In this document: piece by piece, positions 53,501-64,000 of the stretch
How positions within the stretch are numbered: the stretch's first letter is position 1
How the letters are laid out: the number at the start of each line of letters is the position of its first letter
Assembly: GCA_964057225.1 (NCBI GenBank)
Contig: OZ059896.1
Span: 3,906,001-3,970,000 of the forward strand
DNA length: 64,000 nt
Reading direction: 5' to 3'
DNA from: Auanema rhodensis
Taxonomy: Eukaryota; Animalia; Nematoda
Program-made: the position numbers and the translations under genes
The notes under the pieces: model-generated
Told to the model about the DNA's origin: nothing
Databases searched by the model: none
Seen by the model: only the letters and a program-made list of their open reading frames with translations

Positions 53501-56500
53501 CATGGAGAAACGCTCAATACAAAAATTAGTTATGATCGTTTGAAAAATGATGCATTAGTGTATGTTGAGTTTCCATGTACACTCAACAATGCTTCCAAAA
53601 ACATTTTGACAAAAATTTTCCCGAAAAATTTCAAAATAATTTCACAAAAAGTAGATGTTTTTAGATTCCTTTTTTCAAGACGAAGACGATGGACAATGTT
53701 ATTCAACGAAAAAATTAAATCTTCAGGGTGAAAATCGAGGATATAAGTGTGAACCTATATCAGTTGATATCTCGGTGCATTTTCAAGCTAGCGCAAATCT
53801 GATAACACAGATCGACGCAGCTTAAAAATCCGCATCGAATGCACTGTACTACATTAAGAAACGCTCAATACAAAAATTAGTTATGATTGTTTGAAAAATG
53901 ATGCATTAGTGTATGTTGAGTTTCCATGTACACTCAACATTGCTTCCAAAAACATTTTGACAAACATTTTCCCGAAAAATTTCAGAATAAATTTACAAAA
54001 AGTAGATGTTTTTAGATTCCTTTTTTCAAGACAAAGACGATGGACATTGTCATTCAACAAAAAAATTAATTCTTCACGGTGAAAATCGAGGATATAAGTG
54101 TGAACCTATATCAGTTGATATCTCGGTGCATTTTCAAGCTAGCGCAAATCTGATAACACAGATCGACGCAGCTTAAAAATCCGCATCGAATGCACTATAC
54201 TACATGGAGAAACGCTCAATACAAAAATTAGTTATGATCGTTTGAAAAATGATGCATTAGTGTATGTTGAGTTTCCATGTACACTCAACATTGCTTCCAA
54301 AAACATTTTGACAAAAATTTTCCCGAAAAATTTCAGAATAATTTCACAAAAAGTAGATGTTTTTAGATTCCTTTTTTCAAGACAAAGACGATGGACATTG
54401 TTATTCAACAAAAAAATTAATTCTTCAGGGTGAAAATCGAGGATATAAGTGTGAACTTATATCAGTTGATATCTCGGTGCATTTTTAAGCTAGCGCAAAT
54501 CTGATAACACAGATCGACGCAGCTTAAAAATCCGCATCGAATGCACTATACTACATGGAGAAACGCTCAATACAAAAATTAGTTATGATCGTTTGAAAAA
54601 TGATGCATTAGTGTATGTTGAGTTTCCATGTACACTCAACAATGCTTCCAAAAACATTTTGACAAAAATTTTCCCGAAAAATTTCAAAATAATTTCACAA
54701 AAAGTAGATGTTTTTAGATTCCTTTTTTCAAGACAAAGACGATGGACATTGTTATTCAACAAAAAAATTAATTCTTCAGGGTGAAAATCGAGGATATAAG
54801 TGTGAACTTATATCAGTTGATATCTCGGTGCATTTTTAAGCTAGCGCAAATCTGATAACACAGATCGACGCAGCTTAAAAATCCGCATCGAATGCACTAT
54901 ACTACATTAAGAAAAGCTTAATACAAAAATTAGTTATGATCGTTTGAAAAATGATGCATTAGTGTATGTTGAGTTTCCATGTACACTCAACATTGCTTCC
55001 AAAAACATTTTGACAAAAATTTTCCCGAAAAATTTCAAAATAATTTCACAAAAAGTAGATGTTTTTAGATTTCTTTTTTCAAGACAAAGACGATGGACAT
55101 TGTTATTCAACAAAAAAATTAATTCTTCAGGGTGAAAATCGAGGATATAAGTGTGAACTTATATCAGTTGATATCTCGGTGCATTTTTAAGCTAGCGCAA
55201 ATCTGATAACACAGATCGACGCAGCTTAAAAATCCACATCGAATGCACTATACTACATTGGGAAACACTCAATACAAACATTAGTTATGATCGTTTGAAA
55301 AATGATGCATTAGTGTATGTTGAGTTTCCATGTACACTCAACATTGCTTCCAAAAACATTTTGACAAAAATTTTCCCGAAAAATTTCAGAATAATTTCAC
55401 AAAAAGTAGATGTTTTTAGATTCCTTTTTTCAAGACAAAGACGATGGACATTGTTATTCAACAAAAAAATTAATTCTTCACGGTGAAAATCGAGGATATA
55501 AGTGTGAACCTATATCAGTTGATATCTCGGTGCATTTTCAAGCTAGCGCAAATCTGATAACACAGATCGACGCAGCTTAAAAATCCGCATCGAATGCACT
55601 ATACTACATTAAGAAAAGCTTAATACAAAAATTAGTTATGATCGTTTGAAAAATGATGCATTAGTGTATGTTGAGTTTCCATGTACACTCAACATTACTT
55701 CCAAAAACATTTTGACAAAAATTTTCCCGAAAAATTTCAAAATAATTTCACAAAAAGTAGATGTTTTTAGATTCCTTTTTTCAAGACAAAGACGATGGAC
55801 ATTGTTATTCAACAAAAAAATTAATTCTTCAGGGTGAAAATCGAGGATATAAGTGTGAACTTATATCAGTTGATATCTCGGTGCATTTTTAAGCTAGCGC
55901 AAATCTGATAACACAGATCGACGCAGCTTAAAAATCCGCATCGAATGCACTATACTACATCAAGAAAAGCTTAATACAAAAATTAGTTATGATCGTTTGA
56001 AAAATGATGCATTAGTGTATGTTGAGTTTCCATGTACACTCAACATTGCTTCCAAAAACATTTTGACAAAAATTTTCCCGAAAAATTTCAAAATAATTTC
56101 ACAAAAAGTAGATGTTTTTAGATTTCTTTTTTTAAGACAAAGACGATGGACATTGTTATTCAACAAAAAAATTAATTCTTCAGGGTGAAAATCGAGGATA
56201 TAAGTGTGAACTTATATCAGTTGATATCTCGGTGCATTTTTAAGCTAGCGCAAATCTGATAACACAGATCGACGCAGCTTAAAAATCCACATCGAATGCA
56301 CTATACTACATTGGGAAACACTCAATACAAACATTAGTTATGATCGTTTGAAAAATGATGCATTAGTGTATGTTGAGTTTCCATGTACACTCAACATTGC
56401 TTCCAAAAACATTTTGACAAAAATTTTCCCGAAAAATTTCAAAATAATTTCACAAAAAGTAGATGTTTTTAGATTCCTTTTTTCAAGACAAAGACGATGG

Positions 56501-59500
56501 ACATTGTTATTCAACAAAAAAATTAATTCTTCAGGGTGAAAATCGAGGATATAAGTGTGAACCTATATCAGTTGATATCTCGGTGCATTTTCAAGCTAGC
56601 GCAAATCTGATAACACAGATCGACGCAGCTTAAAAATCCGCATCGAATGCACTATACTACATGGAGAAACGCTCAATACAAAAATTAGTTATGATCGTTT
56701 GAAAAATGATGCATTAGTGTATGTTGAGTTTCCATGTACACTCAACAATGCTTCCAAAAACATTTTGACAAAAATTTTCCCGAAAAATTTCAAAATAATT
56801 TCACAAAAAGTAGATGTTTTTAGATTCCTTTTTTCAAGACAAAGACGATGGACAATGTTATTCAACGAAAAAATTAAATCTTCAGGGTGAAAATCGAGGA
56901 TATAAGTGTGAACCTATATCAGTTGATATCTCGGTGCATTTTCAAGCTAGCGCAAATCTGATAACACAGATCGACGCAGCTTAAAAATCCGCATCGAATG
57001 CACTATACTACATGGAGAAACGCTCAATACAAAAATTAGTTATGATCGTTTGAAAAATGATGCATTAGTGTATGTTGAGTTTCCATGTACACTCAACAAT
57101 GCTTCCAAAAACATTTTGACAAAAATTTTCCCGAAAAATTTCAAAATAATTTCACAAAAAGTAGATGTTTTTAGATTCCTTTTTTCAAGACAAAGACGAT
57201 GGACATTGTTATTCAACAAAAAAATTAATTCTTCACGGTGAAAATCGAGGATATAAGTGTGAACCTATATCAGTTGATATCTCGGTGCATTTTCAAGCTA
57301 GCGCAAATCTGATAACACAGATCGACGCAGCTTAAAAATCCGCATCGAATGCACTATACTACATGGAGAAACGCTCAATACAAAAATTAGTTATGATCGT
57401 TTGAAAAATGATGCATTAGTGTATGTTGAGTTTCCATGTACACTCAACAATGCTTCCAAAAACATTTTGACGAAAATTTTCCCGAAAAATTTCAAAATAA
57501 TTTCACAAAAAGTAGATGTTTTTAGATTCCTTTTTTCAAGACAAAGACGATGGACATTGTTATTCAACAAAAAAATTAATTCTTCACGGTGAAAATCGAG
57601 GATATAAGTGTGAACCTATATCAGTTGATATCTCGGTGCATTTTCAAGCTAGCGCAAATCTGATAACACAGATCGACGCAGCTTAAAAATCCGCATCGAA
57701 TGCACTATACTACATGGAGAAACGCTCAATACAAAAATTAGTTATGATCGTTTGAAAAATGATGCATTAGTGTATGTTGAGTTTCCATGTACACTCAACA
57801 ATGCTTCCAAAAACATTTTGACAAAAATTTTCCCGAAAAATTTCAAAATAATTTCACAAAAAGTAGATGTTTTTAGATTCCTTTTTTCAAGACAAAGACG
57901 ATGGACATTGTTATTCAACAAAAAAATTAATTCTTCACGGTGAAAATCGAGGATATAAGTGTGAACCTATATCAGTTGATATCTCGGTGCATTTTCAAGC
58001 TAGCGCAAATCTGATAACACAGATCGACGCAGCTTAAAAATCCGCATCGAATGCACTATACTACATAGAGAAACGCTCAATACAAAAATTAGTTATGATC
58101 GTTTGAAAAATGATGCATTAGTGTATGTTGAGTTTCCATGTACACTCAACAATGCTTCCAAAAACATTTTGACAAAAATTTTCCCGAAAAATTTCAAAAT
58201 AATTTCACAAAAAGTAGATGTTTTTAGATTCCTTTTTTCAAGACGAAGACGATGGACAATGTTATTCAACGAAAAAATTAAATCTTCAGGGTGAAAATCG
58301 AGGATATAAGTGTGAACCTATATCAGTTGATATCTCGGTGCATTTTCAAGCTAGCGCAAATCTGATAACACAGATCGACGCAGCTTAAAAATCCGCATCG
58401 AATGCACTGTACTACATTAAGAAACGCTCAATACAAAAATTAGTTATGATTGTTTGAAAAATGATGCATTAGTGTATGTTGAGTTTCCATGTACACTCAA
58501 CATTGCTTCCAAAAACATTTTGACAAACATTTTCCCGAAAAATTTCAGAATAAATTTACAAAAAGTAGATGTTTTTAGATTCCTTTTTTCAAGACAAAGA
58601 CGATGGACATTGTCATTCAACAAAAAAATTAATTCTTCACGGTGAAAATCGAGGATATAAGTGTGAACCTATATCAGTTGATATCTCGGTGCATTTTCAA
58701 GCTAGCGCAAATCTGATAACACAGATCGACGCAGCTTAAAAATCCGCATCGAATGCACTATACTACATGGAGAAACGCTCAATACAAAAATTAGTTATGA
58801 TCGTTTGAAAAATGATGCATTAGTGTATGTTGAGTTTCCATGTACACTCAACATTGCTTCCAAAAACATTTTGACAAAAATTTTCCCGAAAAATTTCAGA
58901 ATAATTTCACAAAAAGTAGATGTTTTTAGATTCCTTTTTTCAAGACAAAGACGATGGACATTGTTATTCAACAAAAAAATTAATTCTTCAGGGTGAAAAT
59001 CGAGGATATAAGTGTGAACTTATATCAGTTGATATCTCGGTGCATTTTTAAGCTAGCGCAAATCTGATAACACAGATCGACGCAGCTTAAAAATCCGCAT
59101 CGAATGCACTATACTACATGGAGAAACGCTCAATACAAAAATTAGTTATGATCGTTTGAAAAATGATGCATTAGTGTATGTTGAGTTTCCATGTACACTC
59201 AACAATGCTTCCAAAAACATTTTGACAAAAATTTTCCCGAAAAATTTCAAAATAATTTCACAAAAAGTAGATGTTTTTAGATTCCTTTTTTCAAGACAAA
59301 GACGATGGACATTGTTATTCAACAAAAAAATTAATTCTTCAGGGTGAAAATCGAGGATATAAGTGTGAACTTATATCAGTTGATATCTCGGTGCATTTTT
59401 AAGCTAGCGCAAATCTGATAACACAGATCGACGCAGCTTAAAAATCCGCATCGAATGCACTATACTACATTAAGAAAAGCTTAATACAAAAATTAGTTAT

Positions 59501-59857
59501 GATCGTTTGAAAAATGATGCATTAGTGTATGTTGAGTTTCCATGTACACTCAACATTGCTTCCAAAAACATTTTGACAAAAATTTTCCCGAAAAATTTCA
59601 AAATAATTTCACAAAAAGTAGATGTTTTTAGATTTCTTTTTTCAAGACAAAGACGATGGACATTGTTATTCAACAAAAAAATTAATTCTTCAGGGTGAAA
59701 ATCGAGGATATAAGTGTGAACTTATATCAGTTGATATCTCGGTGCATTTTTAAGCTAGCGCAAATCTGATAACACAGATCGACGCAGCTTAAAAATCCAC
59801 ATCGAATGCACTATACTACATTGGGAAACACTCAATACAAACATTAGTTATGATCGT
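47573..59857 (+). repeat. Emerging higher-order repeat, three copies, 11- then 13-monomer period
   Basis: TTTCTTTTTTTAAG monomers occur at 47573, 51434 and 55997 (offsets 3861 and 4563). The TTAAATC, GACGAAA and AGACGAAG markers and the divergent monomer (50381, 53891, 58454) follow in the same order in each copy. Confidence 0.88.
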
Positions 59858-62800
59858 TTGAAAAATGATGCATTAGTGTATGTTGAGTTTCCATGTACAC
59901 TCAACATTGCTTCCAAAAACATTTTGACAAAAATTTTCCCGAAAAATTTCAAAATAATTTCACAAAAAGTAGATGTTTTTAGATTCCTTTTTTCAAGACA
60001 AAGACGATGGACATTGTTATTCAACAAAAAAATTAATTCTTCAGGGTGAAAATCGAGGATATAAGTGTGAACTTATATCAGTTGATATCTCGGTGCATTT
60101 TTAAGCTAGCGCAAATCTGATAACACAGATCGACGCAGCTTAAAAATCCGCATCGAATGCACTATACTACATTAAGAAAAGCTTAATACAAAAATTAGTT
60201 ATGATCGTTTGAAAAATGATGCATTAGTGTATGTTGAGTTTCCATGTACACTCAACATTGCTTCCAAAAACATTTTGACAAAAATTTTCCCGAAAAATTT
60301 CAAAATAATTTCACAAAAAGTAGATGTTTTTAGATTCCTTTTTTCAAGACAAAGACGATGGACATTGTTATTCAACAAAAAAATTAATTCTTCAGGGTGA
60401 AAATCGAGGATATAAGTGTGAACTTATATCAGTTGATATCTCGGTGCATTTTTAAGCTAGCGCAAATCTGATAACACAGATCGACGCAGCTTAAAAATCC
60501 GCATCGAATGCACTATACTACATTAAGAAAAGCTTAATACAAAAATTAGTTATGATCGTTTGAAAAATGATGCATTAGTGTATGTTGAGTTTCCATGTAC
60601 ACTCAACATTGCTTCCAAAAACATTTTGACAAAAATTTTCCCGAAAAATTTCAAAATAATTTCACAAAAAGTAGATGTTTTTAGATTTCTTTTTTCAAGA
60701 CAAAGACGATGGACATTGTTATTCAACAAAAAAATTAATTCTTCAGGGTGAAAATCGAGGATATAAGTGTGAACTTATATCAGTTGATATCTCGGTGCAT
60801 TTTTAAGCTAGCGCAAATCTGATAACACAGATCGACGCAGCTTAAAAATCCACATCGAATGCACTATACTACATTGGGAAACACTCAATACAAACATTAG
60901 TTATGATCGTTTGAAAAATGATGCATTAGTGTATGTTGAGTTTCCATGTACACTCAACATTGCTTCCAAAAACATTTTGACAAAAATTTTCCCGAAAAAT
61001 TTCAAAATAATTTCACAAAAAGTAGATGTTTTTAGATTCCTTTTTTCAAGACAAAGACGATGGACATTGTTATTCAACAAAAAAATTAATTCTTCAGGGT
61101 GAAAATCGAGGATATAAGTGTGAACCTATATCAGTTGATATCTCGGTGCATTTTCAAGCTAGCGCAAATCTGATAACACAGATCGACGCAGCTTAAAAAT
61201 CCACATCGAATGCACTATACTACATTGGGAAACACTCAATACAAACATTAGTTATGATCGTTTGAAAAATGATGCATTAGTGTATGTTGAGTTTCCATGT
61301 ACACTCAACATTGCTTCCAAAAACATTTTGACAAAAATTTTCCCGAAAAATTTCAAAATAATTTCACAAAAAGTAGATGTTTTTAGATTCCTTTTTTCAA
61401 GACAAAGACGATGGACATTGTTATTCAACAAAAAAATTAATTCTTCAGGGTGAAAATCGAGGATATAAGTGTGAACCTATATCAGTTGATATCTCGGTGC
61501 ATTTTCAAGCTAGCGCAAATCTGATAACACAGATCGACGCAGCTTAAAAATCCGCATCGAATGCACTATACTACATGGAGAAACGCTCAATACAAAAATT
61601 AGTTATGATCGTTTGAAAAATGATGCATTAGTGTATGTTGAGTTTCCATGTACACTCAACAATGCTTCCAAAAACATTTTGACAAAAATTTTCCCGAAAA
61701 ATTTCAAAATAATTTCACGAAAAGTAGATGTTTTTAGATTCCTTTTTTTAAGACAAAGACGATGGACAATGTTATTCAACGAAAAAATTAAATCTTCAGG
61801 GTGAAAATCGAGGATATAAGTGTGAACCTATATCAGTTGATATCTCGGTGCATTTTCAAGCTAGCGCAAATCTGATAACACAGATCGACGCAGCTTAAAA
61901 ATCCGCATCGAATGCACTATACTACATGGAGAAACGCTCAATACAAAAATTAGTTATGATCGTTTGAAAAATGATGCATTAGTGTATGTTGAGTTTCCAT
62001 GTACACTCAACAATGCTTCCAAAAACATTTTGACAAAAATTTTCCCGAAAAATTTCAAAATAATTTCACAAAAAGTAGATGTTTTTAGATTCCTTTTTTC
62101 AAGACAAAGACGATGGACATTGTTATTCAACAAAAAAATTAATTCTTCACGGTGAAAATCGAGGATATAAGTGTGAACCTATATCAGTTGATATCTCGGT
62201 GCATTTTCAAGCTAGCGCAAATCTGATAACACAGATCGACGCAGCTTAAAAATCCGCATCGAATGCACTATACTACATTGGGAAACACTAAATACAAAAA
62301 TTAGTTATGATCGTTTGAAAAATGATGCATTAGTGTATGTTGAGTTTCCATGTACACTCAACATTGCTTCCAAAAACATTTTGACAAAAATTTTCCCGAA
62401 AAATTTCAAAATAATTTCACAAAAAGTAGATGTTTTTAGATTCCTTTTTTCAAGACAAAGACGATGGACATTGTTATTTAACAAAAAAATTAATTCTTCA
62501 GGGTGAAAATCGAGGATATAAGTGTGAACTTATATCAGTTGATATCTCGGTGCATTTTTAAGCTAGCGCAAATCTGATAACACAGATCGACGCAGCTTAA
62601 AAATCCACATCGAATGCACTATACTACATTGGGAAACACTCAATACAAAAATTAGTTATGATCGTTTGAAAAATGATGCATTAGTGTATGTTGAGTTTCC
62701 ATGTACACTCAACATTGCTTCCAAAAACATTTTGACAAAAATTTTCCCGAAAAATTTCAAAATAATTTCACAAAAAGTAGATGTTTTTAGATTCCTTTTT

Positions 62801-64000
62801 TCAAGACAAAGACGATGGACATTGTTATTCAACAAAAAAATTAATTCTTCACGGTGAAAATCGAGGATATAAGTGTGAACCTATATCAGTTGATATCTCG
62901 GTGCATTTTCAAGCTAGCGCAAATCTGATAACACAGATCGACGCAGCTTAAAAATCCGCATCGAATGCACTATACTACATGGAGAAACGCTCAATACAAA
63001 AATTAGTTATGATCGTTTGAAAAATGATGCATTAGTGTATGTTGAGTTTCCATGTACACTCAACATTGCTTCCAAAAACATTTTGACAAAAATTTTCCCG
63101 AAAAATTTCAAAATAATTTCACAAAAAGTAGATGTTTTTAGATTCCTTTTTTCAAGACAAAGACGATGGACATTGTTATTCAACAAAAAAATTAATTCTT
63201 CAGGGTGAAAATCGAGGATATAAGTGTGAACTTATATCAGTTGATATCTCGGTGCATTTTCAAGCTAGCGCAAATCTGATAACACAGATCGACGCAGCTT
63301 AAAAATCCACATCGAATGCACTATACTACATTGGGAAACACTAAATACAATAATTAGTTATGATCGTTTGAAAAATGATGCATTAGTGTATGTTGAGTTT
63401 CCATGTACACTCAACATTGCTTCCAAAAACATTTTGACAAAAATTTTCCCGAAAAATTTCAAAATAATTTCACAAAAAGTAGATGTTTTTAGATTCCTTT
63501 TTTCAAGACAAAGACGATGGACATTGTTATTCAACAAAAAAATTAATTCTTCAGGGTGAAAATCGAGGATATAAGTGTGAACTTATATCAGTTGATATCT
63601 CGGTGCATTTTTAAGCTAGCGCAAATCTGATAACACAGATCGACGCAGCTTAAAAATCCACATCGATTGCACTATACTACATTGGGAAACACTCAATACA
63701 AAAATTAGTTATGATCGTTTGAAAAATGATGCATTAGTGTATGTTGAGTTTCCATGTACACTCAACATTGCTTCCAAAAACATTTTGACAAAAATTTTCC
63801 CGAAAAATTTCAAAATAATTTCACAAAAAGTAGATGTTTTTAGATTCCTTTTTTCAAGACAAAGACGATGGACATTGTTATTCAACAAAAAAATTAATTC
63901 TTCACGGTGAAAATCGAGGATATAAGTGTGAACCTATATCAGTTGATATCTCGGTGCATTTTCAAGCTAGCGCAAATCTGATAACACAGATCGACGCAGC

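Larger units (their letters stand above)
1..64000. repeat. Tandem satellite DNA array, 351-bp monomer, about 182 head-to-tail copies, extending beyond both window edges
   Basis: The same sequence recurs with a 351-bp period: ORF-track starts at 4409, 4760, 5111 ... 63368, 63719, with occasional 350-bp units. No non-repeat sequence and no orientation switch was seen. 64000/351 is about 182. Confidence 0.99.

Noticed and set aside
1949-63910. About 170 copies of a 63-aa ORF (MKNDALVYVEFPC...) as a tandem gene family
   Set aside because: It starts at TTG with no recognisable domain, RBS or promoter. The K/F/N/I-rich composition just mirrors the A/T tracts. Common variants are mostly non-synonymous, and stop or frameshift alleles (37398, 39504, 16694) are propagated freely.
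1-64000. CRISPR array or variable-cassette (shufflon or diversity-generating) system, suggested by the hypervariable 17-nt cassette
   Set aside because: There are no unique spacers. The cassette has only three related main alleles, the constant part is about 330 bp, and no cas, recombinase or reverse transcriptase gene is present.
1-64000. Rolling-circle concatemer or amplification artefact of a single 351-bp circle
   Set aside because: Units carry discrete haplotypes in nested, position-dependent patterns, as expected for a genomic array rather than copies of one template.
1-64000. Assignment to a named satellite family (e.g. the ~350-360-bp insect satellites)
   Set aside because: Only size and AT-richness are similar. 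I do not recognise the sequence, and a database search is required.

Overview
The whole 64 kb window is one uninterrupted head-to-tail tandem array (satellite DNA) of a 351-bp monomer, about 182 copies, all in the same orientation. The monomer is AT-rich: about 31% GC by hand count of 2300-2650. I see no insertions, inversions, genes, RNA genes or CRISPR spacers. The repeated 63-aa ORF in the track is most likely a by-product of the repeat. Copies differ at about 10 recurrent polymorphic sites plus rare private or shared variants. These record 2-, 3-, 4- and 11/13-monomer duplications, chimeric monomers and allele gradients along the array. The monomer itself is densely tiled with inverted repeats: a 67-nt imperfect hairpin, a 9-bp stem with a GTGA loop, and a 17-nt hypervariable cassette whose alleles show an apparent compensatory base-pair change. 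The first ~4.3 kb carries many private 1-bp indels that look like sequencing or assembly error. The pattern fits eukaryotic (peri)centromeric or heterochromatic satellite, but host and family cannot be named from the sequence alone. I found no supportable novel protein-coding system; the best leads are structural.
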